Source of the DNA: Felis catus | Taxonomy: Eukaryota | Direction of reading: 5' to 3' | Assembly: GCF_018350175.1 (NCBI RefSeq) | Contig: NC_058368.1 | Span: forward strand, 53,446,001-53,510,000 | Length of the DNA stretch: 64,000 nucleotides | Shown here: positions 1 through 12,017 of the stretch, piece after piece | Layout of the letters: each line of letters opens with the position of its first letter | Numbering within the stretch: the stretch's first letter is position 1 | Made by a program: the position numbers and the translations under genes | Notes under the pieces: generated by a model | The model's database searches: none | What the model was told of the DNA's origin: nothing | What the model saw: the letters and a program-made list of their open reading frames with translations, nothing else

Positions 1-7
1 TTGGCAC

Positions 8-405
8 GTGTTTAGTTTGGGTTCTCTAGGAAGCAGATGCTGATATGAAGTTATGAGTACAAGAGATTTATTGGGGAGTTAACATCTGTGAAAAAGAAAA
101 GGATTGGGCAGGGAGAGTCATCACAACATACTACAAAGCTAACAAAGTCTCTGCCAGGTTAGCAGGGAGTTCAGAAGCAAAGATTGCCTCTTAAAAGGGT
201 GTCAGGCAAAAGTGGCTCCACCTGTACCACCACCAGTTGACCACACAACCACACAACCACAGGTTGAACTAAAACAACCACAGGTGGAAAACTGAAGGAA
301 AACCGGGCAAAACAGCTGGAGGTTGTTAGTTAATCACACTCCTTATAACTAGTCACAGAGTATTTTCTTGATAGGGAATCCAGGCAGTTTATCTCCATGT
401 CTGCC
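8..405 (-). mobile_element. Old ERVL-type solo LTR (LTR16-like)
   Basis: GGGTTCTCTAGGAAGCAGA...GATTTATTGGGGAG...GGATTGGGCAGGGAGAG resembles the recalled LTR16 consensus. Confidence 0.55.
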
Positions 406-859
406 CCAGTATTGCAATGTGGCTCTGGTAAAATTTTGGGTGGCTGAGTATTTGAAAATGAAAATTGATCAGGCCAGAATAAGAGGTGTTCGTGAAGGGC
501 ATTAACATTCTAAAATTCCACCTGAAGTATTTTAGAGTGGTACACTACCATCAATTCCTTAGGTGACTAGAGTTGTCACCACCAAAACATTAGGGGTTGA
601 ATACATCAGATGTTGTTAAAAGCTTCTAAAATGATAAGAATATTGTTTCTCCCATTTCATGCTCCCAGTGGGACAACTCAGGGCTTCTACTTGTGATGGC
701 CTGTTACAGGTCACACTGGCTTAGTTGTGAAATGGGCAAAAGGAGCTCAGAGTGGCTCTTTTTGGGATGGTAAGAAAGCATCATTCATTTCACATAGATC
801 AAAAAGGTGGGATTTAAGAAAGTCAGATTGGCTCTTTGTGATGCATCACTATGGGGGAG

Positions 860-1085
860 GGGTATTTTATAGCATAGTGCTTAATATAGTGGAGACTCTG
901 GAGTCTGTGACCACCTGCTAGTGATTTGGCTTTGGACAAGTTTCTGAACCTCTTGGTGCCTTAGTTTCCTGACTTGTTAAACAAGGATTATAGTTGTGCC
1001 TACATCATGGAGTTGCTGTGAGGTTAAAATGACATAACACATTCAACGCCTGGCTGGGGAAAGGCTCAATATCCATTAGCTGTTA
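860..1085 (+). mobile_element. MIR SINE fragment
   Basis: Core-like TTGGACAAGTTTCTGAACCTCTTGGTGCCTTAGTTTCCT...GTTGCTGTGAGGTTAAAATGA. Confidence 0.7.
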
Positions 1086-1490
1086 TTCTACTTCTTTCCT
1101 CTTTTTCTCTTCCTTTTCTTCACTGAAAAAAAACACTTTCTGTTGAATTTTGTTGTCTGCTGTCTAGATTAGCAAAATGTTCACAAAGCTTGGGAGGAGG
1201 GTAAAATTGAAAGAATCTGTTACTTTAACAGGATTCAGGATGTCTGCTTTTGGTCTTTGCTTTTCACCATTATGTTCTCAGTAGTGTTCTGGGTATGCTA
1301 GGTGCAAAAAATGGCCACTGCACTGAGCAGTAGTCTATTTGAAAAACAACAAATGGGCATATAAATGATTAATGAAAACACAAGCACATATAAAATTAAG
1401 TTCTAAAGGAACAGTACAGACCATAAGTGATGTAGGAATCTAATTTCATTTTTCTGTCTGTTTCAACACTGTGTGTTGTTTTGATTATTT

Positions 1491-1714
1491 TTTTTTAAAT
1501 TTTTTTTTCAACGTTTTTTATTTATTTTTGGGACAGAGAGAGACAGAGCATGAACGGGGGAGGGGCAGAGAGAGAGGGAGACACAGAATCAGAAACAGGC
1601 TCCAGGCTCCGAGCCACCAGCCCAGAGCCTGACGCGGGGCTCGAACTCACAGACCGCGAGATCGTGACCTGGCTGAAGTCGGACGCTTAACCGACTGCGC
1701 CACCCAGGCGCCCC
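1491..1714 (-). mobile_element. Young felid Can-SINE (SINEC_Fc type)
   Basis: tRNA-derived head GGGGCGCCTGGGTGGCGCAGTCGG on the minus strand, CT tract, A tail. TSD TTGTTTTGATTATTT at 1476-1490 and 1716-1730. Confidence 0.95.
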
Positions 1715-2925
1715 ATTGTTTTGATTATTTAAAGGTGGTATCATTTGGGGTGAAACCGTGAAGGTGACCTCTTGTACAATAATACAATAAAATGTCCTAT
1801 GTTTATTGTCTTCGAATCCAAAATACATGAATTTATATTAAAAGAAAACAAGTTTAAAGACATTTCAGTATGTTATTGCCTCCTTTTATTGTTAGTCTAT
1901 TCATACTCTCTACCATTAGATGTGTTGAGATGGTAAAAATAGGAAGAACTGGTCAATGCTTTGAATAAAACTATCAAGAAAGCTTAAATGTTTTTAGCTG
2001 ATTATTTCTCAGTGAGTTTGTCTTTATTGTATTTTTGCTATTTTAACTAGCCTATCAGACTCACTCAGTGGCTTTTTTTTATTCCAGGACTCTCCTTTGG
2101 AAATTCAGAAAGGAAGTAAGAAGTGAAGGAGATCGCTGGGCCAGATTATGTGAGATCATAGTTTTTGGGGTATAGAAAGGTTAAAAGATACTTTACTTTG
2201 TCCCATCATACTCTTCTACTCCGTAGAAAAACATGCTATGTGGCCTTTGGGAGATACTCCCACATAGTAGGTCACGTGTGCCTAATCGGACACTAAGACT
2301 GTCTTACAATGTTGCACACCAAGTGATTTCTTACTGTTATTTCCTTTGGCATTACTGAAGTGAGTACGATGACAAAATAGTCCTATCGTACTTCCTTATT
2401 TTCTTGTATCCTTCCAGTAACCTAGGGCTCTAGAGGCCTCCTTCCTTGGCGAGACTGAGTATGGTTGAAGAGTCCCTGTTAGATTCTTAAATCTCATACT
2501 ACCAAGAAGGGGACAAAACAGTATTTAAAAAGATATCCTTTACCTCACTAATGATTTTGAACGAGCGTTTTAGGAACGTCTTAGAGACGGATCTCCCCGC
2601 ATTGTCCTAGCCTGGGTGAGTTATAGGAGGAAGTGTTGGGTAAACGGATGACCCATCCTGAGGTGTTCTAGGAATGCGTTCCCTTCCTCCTCGACTCCGG
2701 TGTCTGCGTGGTGTGATTGTGTACCCGCCTGTGCCGGCGCCGAAACCCGTCCAATAGAAAAGACCTATCAAGGACGGTGATTTTTTTTTTCCGTCCCTTT
2801 TGCCACCGCCCACTCCCGACAAGCAGACAACCTAGACAGTTCCCCGGACTTGTCTTACTTTTCCATTTCCTCCCACCCAGCCAAACCCCCCCGCTCGCGA
2901 CGCGAACGGACGCCGGAAGACCCCA

Positions 2926-2937
2926 CGCGCATGCGCG
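2926..2937. promoter_or_regulatory. NRF1 motif (palindrome CGCGCATGCGCG)
   Basis: Exact match to the NRF1 consensus YGCGCAYGCGCR. A related palindrome GAGCATGCTC lies at 2946-2955. Confidence 0.7.
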
Positions 2938-2949
2938 ACCACTGCGAGC

Positions 2950-3222
2950 ATGCTCAGTAGCTCGCGCCGCGTTCTGGAGCTTCGCCGCGCGGTGGCCGAC
3001 GCGGAGGTTTCCGCGACTGCTGCGGGAGCGACAGGAAGTGAAGCGGCCCGGCCGGGCGACCGCGGCGGCAGAAACAGCAGCGGAAGGGGCGCTGCGGCCA
3101 GGACGTCGTCGACGGGGGTGGACGAGGGGTCCGAGAGCCGAGAGGACTCGCCCGCTCGGAAGCCGGATCCCGAGCCGGGCAGGATGGATCATCACCAGCC
3201 AGGGACTGGTCGTTACCAGGTG
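2950..3222 (+). CDS. NDFIP2: NDFIP2 exon 1 coding part (long start ATG 2950; strong-Kozak start ATG 3184)
   Basis: MLSSSRRVLEL...RKPDPEPGRMDHHQPGTGRYQV, then donor GTG|GTGAGT at 3223, phase 0. Which ATG is used cannot be determined here. Confidence 0.9.
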
Positions 3223-4505
3223 GTGAGTTCCTGCGTCCCCGCCCCGGCCTTCTGCGCTGCCCAGGACCCCAGAGCTGCCTCCCGCCGTGGACCCGGGAGT
3301 CCCCTTCCTCCGGCTAAAAACTGCCTAATTCTTCTTTTTTTTCTTCACACCTTTCCTTGTGGAGCTTGTCTCTGACTCCTTCGAGACCCTTTCCTCTCAA
3401 CCCAAGGCTCCTCCTGCCTCCCCATCCCTCACCCGCACCCTGTATTTGGCTGTAAGATACCCTTCTCCCTCCCCCTTCCTAAAACTTCTATTTGTTTTAC
3501 TTCTCACCTTCTTGGTCATTTCCTTATTTCCTGACCCAGTCACTTCTGAGATATTTCCAGTGGATTGTCTGCTGGAAATGGTGCTGAGTTCACGTACCTG
3601 CTGGGAAGAGGATCGCCGTCAAAAATGGAGCGGGTAGGGGGGAAGGAGATGTAAGCACGATGTAGGGTGGGATGTGGATTCGGTGAAAAATGTGGGTTGA
3701 AAAATTGTGTAACTACGGAGAATAGTGGTGCTGATCTGTGTCTTCAGCTCTAGTTAACCTTGCCATTTTGTCCTGTTCCATTTTGTTAGTATTCAGATTT
3801 TATTTCTATTCTCACGGGGTGGGGGGGGGGAGGCAGGAGAGGAAACAGGTTTTGCTAGAAAAAATGCAAATCCTGTTTGAAAATTATTTTTCACTAAATA
3901 CAGGGTTTTCCAGTTCAACCACACAAATCTTTGTATGTTAAATGAGTGAAAAGTGTTCCTCTACATTTTCAGTGTCAGTTTCTCTAATGTAGTTTTTCCT
4001 GTAGTCTTAATTCTGGTAGTGTCGTTGGAGATTTCTAAACCCTCTTTAAAAAATGGGCTCAGCAATAGTTGACTGTTTGGTTGTAGCTAGGTAGCATGTT
4101 ATAAACTTTCATGTGGTAATTAAACCTTTTCACTAAGGAAGAATAGGAAAGCATTAATATGTAGCATTGATGGTGCAATTAATAGTGCTGTTTGTGAAAT
4201 TTTGCAGATGTAGGTATGTTAGTGCAGATTTCACCTCTCAAATATGTATTTGCAAATGTGAGACTTAGTTACAAACGAGTAATTCCTATCAATAAGTGCA
4301 TTTTGACGAATACGAACGAAGGCTACTGAAAGATGAAATTCCAATGTATGCAGTTGTGCATTTGTCTAAGATACAAGCTCATGATGCTTCCATTTCATCT
4401 GGTTTACATCCTGTAAACCTTCAAATGATCTATGTTGAATTTTGTGAAAATTTATCTATTTTCAGAACGGTTTAGAAAATATTGCTGCCACTGTGGAAGG
4501 CATTT

Positions 4506-4605
4506 TTCTCTTCTCTTCTCTTCTCTTCTCTTCTCTTCTCTTCTCTTCTCTTCTCTTCTCTTCTCTTCTCTTCTCTTCTCTTTTCTTCTCTTTTCTTTTC
4601 TTTTC
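4506..4605. repeat. (TTCTC)15 plus (TTTTC)n pentanucleotide microsatellite in a SINE tail
   Basis: Directly visible; perfect units run 4506-4580. Confidence 0.95.
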
Positions 4606-4808
4606 AATGTTTATACTTTTGAGAGAGAGAGGGATGGAGGGAGGGAGGGGGAGGGGCAGAGAAAGCAGGAGACACAAAATCCAAAGCAGGCTCCAGGCTC
4701 TGAGCTGTCAGCACAGAGCCCAACACAGGGCTTGAACCCACAAACCATAAGATCATGACCTGAGCTGAAGCGGCATGCTTAACCGACTGAGCCACCAAGG
4801 CGCACCCC
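4606..4808 (-). mobile_element. Can-SINE
   Basis: GCAGGCTCCAGGCTCTGAGCTGTCAGCACAGAGCCC...ACTGAGCCACC. Confidence 0.9.
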
Positions 4809-6875
4809 TGGATAGTTTTTTTAAAAAAGACCTTCTTTTTGCCGATGTTAGCTAAAATAAAATGCAGAAAATATTGAGTACTCTTTCCAGTGTCTTTTTT
4901 CTAATCCCTTTCTTTTCTTATTTCTATTTGTTCCCTTAATGGCATTAGCTTTATTTGAATTCTTTCTCGTTGGGGTTTTGTGTGTCAGAATCAACTGTGT
5001 TCTTATACACAAGTCACTGTTCAAAACATTTTTAACTGATGTAGCTGTGTCTTAAAATAATTTGTTACAGTTGCTTTCAGTAATTATGACTAGTTGAGAT
5101 TTGACTTAATTATTACTAAAAAAATGTTTTTCTGACATCAGTGTATTGAAATTTACTTACCCAGTTTTAAGATATTTTTTCTTTTTCTCTACAACTCCTT
5201 TTGCAACAAATGGGTATTGCATACCCGCCCCCGCCCCCCGCCCCCACGCCCACCTGGAGATGTGTCCTACATAAACTTTGAAATAGACTTTGAATGGGTG
5301 GAAGCATTCCTTCAGAGCAGAGGGCAAAAATTGGTTCTTGTAAAGATACTACTCCTGGTAGGATATCAGTTGTTTTCTTTGTAAGGCAAAATGTTTGAGA
5401 ATCTTAGCATAGTTTAAATTTGGATTTTAATACCTGTTGCTTTGTAATTACATAGCTATTTCATCTGTCTAGTATAACTCTGGGTTTTATTGAGGATGGC
5501 CTGATGAATAACTATATCTAGGTATTCTGAAGAAGCAGCTGAGTTGTTGACTATTAGACTATTTGGGGACAAGTCTGCAGCTCTGGATTATATGATGAAC
5601 ACAACTGCTGTGTAGTTGTCTTTACTCAGTTTTTTTGAAAACTCTGGAATGATTAATAAATTATTGATCAATAAGTAATTTCAGTTGTTAAATGTTAAGA
5701 GCTAAGTAGGAGACAGGCAGATATGCTTAGGAGTACAATCGTCTGTAATGTTAATTTATCTCTTATTGATAGAGTTAAAATTTAGGTTTCCATATTGGAA
5801 AGTTAGTGGTGATGACCGTCAGAATGACTCACGACCATTAACCAGTGTACAAGTTTAATCTGGAAACAGCTTTTTCTGTGATGTCTTCTTCCCTTCTGTT
5901 GTTATAGGAGTCTGAATTTTGTTAAGTAAAGCAGTGGATAATAACGTAGAACTACAAAAAGCCTGAATTATTACCCTTCTAATTTTAGAAAAAGCTAGAT
6001 ATGCTATATGGTTTCCTTGGGTTACGGGATTAAGTTTTGTTTGGTAGAAAATGAGCAATGTTGCCAAACTATGTAGTTGTTTTAGCTTGGAGTTGTTAGG
6101 CCACATTCTAACTTTGATGTTTTCTATTGTAAAGGATTATGTACCTATACCAAGCTGACTACTAAGGTTTCAGAGATGTTCTGTATACAGGTTAAGTTGG
6201 CACTGTTGATTGTAGCAGTAGTTTCCCAAACTGTTTTCCAAAATGATGTAGTAGATGGTCTTAGAAGATTTATGGCATATATTAGCGTGTTAAAACAAAT
6301 ATTTGCATATTAAAACAATGAGAAATTCTGCAGTAAAGACAATGGTTTAGATATTTAATCTAGCTCTTCCTAAATTTTGATCACAGATTTTTAAAGAAAA
6401 TTTTGAGATTATATTAACATTTCCAAAATGTTAGTTTTCTGTGAACCTAATGAAGTATTCATACTGTAAAGATCTAGATACTTTGGCCTTGTATTTGGAG
6501 AATTAGAGTTGTCCTTGATAAATCAGGGAAGGGAATTAACTGTTGATGGTTAAAAAAAAAAACACATTTTAAAGTCATCTGGGCTTATATTTAGGTTGTG
6601 CTGCTTACAATTTGTGAGCTCTTACCTTAGTTAATTTATTTAGCATTTTGAAGCCTCAGTTTTGTCATATCAGTACCTACCTCATAAGGATTATTATGAG
6701 AATTATACGTTGTAATATACGTAAAAGATGTAATACAGAGATTGTTACGTGGTAAATATTACGAATAACAAGGTATATAAACTGTAAAGTATTATATATC
6801 AGTTTTTGTTTGTGACCACTTTTGTATTTTTTTTTTATACAGCAACAGGAATATCAACTACTTCTTTCTTGTTCA

Positions 6876-7345
6876 TGTCAAGTACTGTGAAAAGTCTTAA
6901 GATTTGATTTTATCCTATTTACAGGCTAAGAAGTTAGTTTGTTAATGTTTCATGGTTACTAGCAGAAAACAGGAGACTCCCAGATGAGAAACAAATAACA
7001 TTCTTACTCATAGCACAGCGAGCTGCATGAACGTCAACATATTTGGGTACGTTTTCCTTGCACCCACATCCCATTATGGTGATGGGTCTAGATAGATGCA
7101 CTTGGTGGGTCACAGCACAGGAACTCAGGACCAAGGCTCTAGCACTTTAGCAAGCAACAAACAAGCTAGTTAACCTCTCCCTAGGAGTAGAGTTATGTGC
7201 TGTGGTAACCTTGACCTTCTTTGTTGCCTAGGTGACTTATTACAAGAATCCACTCAGTACCAGGAAATAGATAAGTTTTGCAGACTTTAACACTCAGCAA
7301 GAATGTGCACAGACACTTAGGCCCATGGCAGACTGCCATACCCAA
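6876..7345 (-). mobile_element. ERVL-type solo LTR (LTR41-like)
   Basis: Begins TGTCAAGTACTGTGAA...TTTTATCCTATTTACAGGCTAAGAAGTTAG and ends CAGCAAGAATGTGCA...CCCATGGCAGACTGCC, resembling recalled LTR40/41 termini. Confidence 0.6.
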
Positions 7346-7919
7346 TAAATAGTACATGTTCTGGGTGAGATAATAGATGGGAATTTTTAGGTGTAGTCAT
7401 TTACTTTTGTTTTCCATGTTAAGGAAATATTGCAGTCTTTTACCCTATGTTGCTGTCTAGTTTTGCCTTCTTTTCTTGGCCCACCTCTGTTCCTTTGATC
7501 CTTAATTGTTTGTTTCCTTTGAATTTATCAGGATTCTTTGGTTTATATTCTTACCACACCACTTTTACATCATCAGAGTTGCCCATTGCTTAATCCAATA
7601 GATACTTTTCAGTTCTCATCTTACTTGATTTCTGTTACATTGACCCTGGGAACCTTCTTATTCCTGAGAGGAAGACACTTTCTACTCTTTACTTCTCTGA
7701 CTTCTCTTTGTAACTCATTTTGTACTTACTCCTTAAATGTTAATACTTTCTAAGGCATCAACTATTGTAATAGCTTACTTACTACTTTCTTCCTTCATCC
7801 AACCATTCTTCAGAATGTCTTTTGCACTGTGTGAGTCCTATTTGTAGAACCTAAATTTTATTTTCATTTCTCTGCTCAAAAATCTTCAGTGGCCTCTTAC
7901 TTGAATGACCTGTTCCCCA

Positions 7920-9010
7920 CATTTAATATTAAAACTTTAAAATACATATATAGAAATGTTGAAAAATTATACTGTTAACCCCCATATACCAAATACCAAT
8001 TGTAGGATCTACAGTTGCCAGCAGTTAATTTTTTGTGTTGTATACCTGTCAGTCCATCTTCTTCTTCTTCTTCTTCTTATTTTTTGATGCTTTCAAACTT
8101 GCAGATACCTTGCAGTGTACCTCACTGCAAACCACATGCTTATCATTAGCCTAGAGTTTGATATTTCATGGTTCTCTTTCTTTGAGGTTAAAATTAACAT
8201 AGAGTGAAATGCATAAATCTTATGTCCTTTATTGGATGAGTTGTGACAAATGCATACACCTGGTAAGTCAAGTCACTTTCAAAATACAGACAGGGATCAG
8301 CAAACTATGTTCCAAGTACTGTTTTGTAAATAAAGTTTTATGGTAACAGCCATGTCTATTCATTTACAATGGCAGAATTGAATATTTGAAACAGGGCTAC
8401 TGAAGTATTTATTATTCTGCCCTTTATAGAAAATGTTTATTGACCCCCTGATAGAAAACATTACTATTACCCTAGAAAGTTCCTTCATGACTCTTTCCTG
8501 TTGATTCCTATTCTCTAGTTGATCGCTGTTCTGACTTTTTTGACTTCAAATTAGTTTTGCTTATTCTAGAATCATATAACATATACTCAGCAAAACTTCT
8601 TTCTCTCTCTATGGAGTTTTGGAGATTGATCTGTGTTATTGTGTATATCAGTAACTCATCCTTTTTATTGGGGAATAGTTTTTCATTGTATAAATTGAAT
8701 GAATACACTAAAGTTTGTTCATCCATTGCTCTGTTGATGGACATTTGGGTTGTTTACAGTTTTTGGCTATTATGAATAAAGGTGGTAGGAATTTTGTACA
8801 AATCTTTTTATGGACATATGTCTTCATTTGTCTTGGGTGGAATAACTGAGTAATAGGGTAGGTGTATGTTTACTTTTATAAGAAACCATCGGACTTTTTT
8901 GAGTAGTTGTACTATTTTACACTTCTACCAACAATGTATGAAATTTTGGTTGCTCTACCAACTTCCAAAATTTTGGTGTTGTCAGTCTTTTTAATTTTAG
9001 CCATTCTGGT
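7920..9010 (-). mobile_element. Old L1M 3' fragments interrupted by MER58A
   Basis: GATGGACATTTGGGTTGTTT.CAGTTTTTGGCTATTATGAATAA...TTTTAATTTTAGCCATTCTG is typical antisense L1. Confidence 0.75.
8291..8450 (+). mobile_element. MER58A-like hAT-Charlie MITE
   Basis: Termini CAGGGATCAGCAAACT and TTGACCCCCTG; internal TTTTGTAAATAAAGTTTTAT. Confidence 0.75.
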
Positions 9011-9704
9011 TGACTGATTGGAATTTTGAAGTATAAATTTTTGTTTTTAATGTACAGACAGAATGGATGGGTCTTCTCATACCTATACAATGCAATATCT
9101 TAGCAGTTCCCCCTTTTAATTTTTATGCACTAACTGCTGTTGTCCAGCAGTACTACTTATTATTAGTTCTGTAGCCATAATGTATTCTCTCTTTTACTTC
9201 CTTGGTTCTACATGTTTGTTTATCGTCTGACATTCTGTAGCACACCCCTCTGATTTGTTTGCCTCGTAAAATACTGTTCTTCAATGTGAAAACTACGAAA
9301 CCATAATTGAAAGGTAGGGCAAGTTACTTGTGTCTGTCATCTACATCAAGGCAGAGAAAAGTTGAGAATCACAGTATAGTTATAATGAATCACGTTGTTG
9401 TATGTCTTTCTGCTTTCTAGACTGGTGTATTTCAGAGGTGCATCAGGGTTCCTGTGAATGTCTGATTTTTATCTCTTTAAAATAGGTTTTAAACTTATAA
9501 AAACTGTAATTAAGGAAATTCGCACTCAAATGTATTTTATATCACGTTTCTATAGCTTGAAGATTAGTATTACGTCAGGGTAATTTGTTTTTGAATGGAG
9601 GGCATAATTAGTTTCTTTGGCTATTTCTGTGCTTGTAGTGATATTTACTGTAAGTGGGTTACTGATTTGATTAGAGCAGCTCTTTTTTTTTTTTTTTTTA
9701 ATTG

Positions 9705-10445
9705 TGCAAATGAACAAGAAACAACAAGTTTTGGTGAGGACGTGGAGAAACAGGAACCCTCGTGCACCGTTGGTGGGAATGCAAACTGGTGCAGTCAGTG
9801 GAAAACATTATGGTAATTCCTCAGAAAGTTTAAATAGAACTATCGTACAATTCAGTAATCACACTACTAGGTGTTTATCCTCAAAATACGAAACACTACT
9901 TCAGAGGGATGCATGAGTCCCTATGCTTATTGCAGCATTATTTACAGTGGTCAAGTTATGGAAGCAGCCCAAGTGTCCATCGATCGATGAATGGATACAG
10001 AAGATGTGGGATGTGTGCGCGCGTGCGTGTGTGTGTGTGTGTGGGTGTTCATGTAAATATAAATCAGCCATAAGAAAGAATGAAATATTACTATTTGCAA
10101 TAACATGGATGGAGTTAGAGAGTATAATGCCAAATGAAATAAGTCAGAGAAAGACAAATACCATATGATTTCACTCATGTGGAATTTAAGAAACAAAACA
10201 AACACACAAAAGAAAAAAAAGACAAACCAAGAATTAGATTCTTAACTATAAAGAGTAAGCTGATAGTTACTAGAGGGAGGTGGGGGGGGGGGTGAAATAG
10301 CTGATAGGGATTAAAGAGTATACTTATGATGAGTACTGAGTAATGTATAGAATTGTTGAATCACTATATTGTACATCTGAAGCTAATATAACACTGTAAG
10401 TTAACTGTACTGGAATTTAAAAAGCTTAAAATACTCTATTAAAAA
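9705..10445 (+). mobile_element. Carnivore L1 3' fragment (ORF2 end plus 3' UTR), sense
   Basis: ORF-track peptides GEDVEKQEPSCTVGGNANW and IAALFTVVKLWKQPKCPSIDEWI are degenerate L1 ORF2 C-terminus. Confidence 0.9.
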
Positions 10446-11112
10446 ATTATACAAATGAGTATACTGTATTAGCACACCTAATTGGAGGTTGAATCAAATG
10501 CTAGTCATTAATTAGGGCGTATTTGTTCATTACATGAGCTAGTAATTGTAAATGATTTGTGCAGTAATAAGTAAATGCATTGGAATTATATCATGAAAAT
10601 ATCACATTGTAGCTTATATGCTTATTTTATGTTTTGAGTACCTCTTGTCAAATTTACACTTAAGGTATGGGAACAGTGTTAGATATCATTATTGATTATG
10701 AAAAAGAGGTCCTGTAACTTATTTATTCAATATATAATTTATGAAGTATCTTTGCCAAATTCTGTTTTAAGTGCTGGTGAACAAGACAGTTAAGTTCTTG
10801 TCCTATGGCTTATACTTTGGTGGAGGAGGTAGAACTAGGTAGTTTAAAGAAAATGAAACAGGCTAGTGGGATAAATAATACATTTCATCAATACTAAAAT
10901 AGCAGTAAGAGAACAGTAATGACTTTGCATTATGTCAGGAATATGCTGAGAACTCTACCAAGTGCTTTATGCATATGAGCACATTTAATCCTTGGACCAC
11001 TTCTATGAAATAATGTCATGATCCTCGCTTTGCAGATGAGAAAAAATGAGACATAAAGAGGTTAAATAATAGGCCCAGCTGTGATAGATCTTGTATTCAG
11101 ATATAGTTTTAG

Positions 11113-11134
11113 TTTTTTTTTTTTAATGTTTATT

Positions 11135-11173
<39 letters not shown>

Positions 11174-11339
11174 GTGTGAGCAGGGGAGGAGCAGAGAGAG
11201 GGAGACACAGAATCTGAAGCAGGCTCCAGGCTCTGAGCTGTCAGTACAGAGCCCAGTGCAGGGCTGGAACCCATGGCCTACGAGATCATGACCTGAGCTG
11301 AAGTTGGACACTTAACCTACTGAGTCACCCAGGTGCCCC
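11113..11339 (-). mobile_element. Can-SINE with (GA)n
   Basis: Typical body; flanked by GTTTTAGTTTT on both sides. Confidence 0.92.
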
Positions 11340-11354
11340 TGTTTTAGTTTTATA

Positions 11355-11720
11355 TTACTTTGTAGCAAACTACTCCATACACAAGCATTTTATTATGTTT
11401 CAGGATCCCATGGGTTGGCTCTTATCAACAGTGGTTTTTCTGCTCCATGCGATGTTAGCAGGGTCTGCAGCCATTTTGTGGCTTATTTGGATTGAACACT
11501 CACTTGGCTAGCAGTTGATGCTGACTATTGATTGGGAGCCCAGCTGACACTGTTGACTGACTCATTTCAGTTCTCTTGTGTGTTAAAAGTTAAAGCAGTC
11601 CTAGGTCCAGCCCAGATTCAAAGGGAGAGGAAATGAACTCCATCTTTCAGTGAAGGAGAGGCATGCATGTACATGGTGGTAATAAATTAGTAGTGACCAT
11701 CTTTGGAGATGTCACACCAG
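11355..11720 (-). mobile_element. MLT1 (MaLR) LTR fragment
   Basis: CCAGCCCAGATTCAAAGGGAGAGGAAATGAACTCCATCT is MLT1-like. Confidence 0.6.
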
Positions 11721-12017
11721 TTGGTTTGACCCCTTGGTTGATTGGAATCAGGATAATAGAGAACTGTATCCATTCTGAAGGTATGACAGCTAGGATGAGA
11801 CTTGATTGAACTGTTGTAGTTGGTGAGTATTTCAGGTGTGGTAGTGGCCTATGGTGGAAATGAATTTATTTAAGAAATATGAAGAAAACTGTGGTAGAGC
11901 AAGATGAAGGGAGTTGGCTCATAGTGTAATGGGACAAACCATAGTAATTTTATGAATTTGATTGAAGAATGGAACTTTCACTTACAACTTCAGTTTATAA
12001 TTTTTGTTTTATGAAAA

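Larger units (their letters stand above)
2560..3320. promoter_or_regulatory. CpG island / NDFIP2 promoter
   Basis: The only extended GC- and CpG-dense non-repeat segment of the window; overlaps exon 1. CCAAT 2751-2755, ETS-like CCGGAAG 2913-2919 and ACAGGAAGTG 3031-3040. No obvious TATA box. Confidence 0.9.

Noticed and set aside
2668..3226. Long overlapping ORFs 2668..3195 (-) and 2717..3226 (+)
   Set aside because: Arg/Ala/Pro-rich, stop-poor frames expected in a CpG island; no recognisable family. The real frame is 2950+.
3223..3375. Continuation of the 141-aa ORF past RYQV
   Set aside because: Intronic read-through beyond a strong GTGAGT donor.
4432..4798. LLFSS / KRREE repeat ORFs (also ERER/SLSL and THTH ORFs elsewhere)
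   Set aside because: Translations of microsatellites and SINE bodies.
9595..10205. Short ORFs with reverse-transcriptase-element peptides (also 42-43.5, 46.8 and 61.3 kb)
   Set aside because: Broken L1 ORF2 3' remnants, not intact genes.
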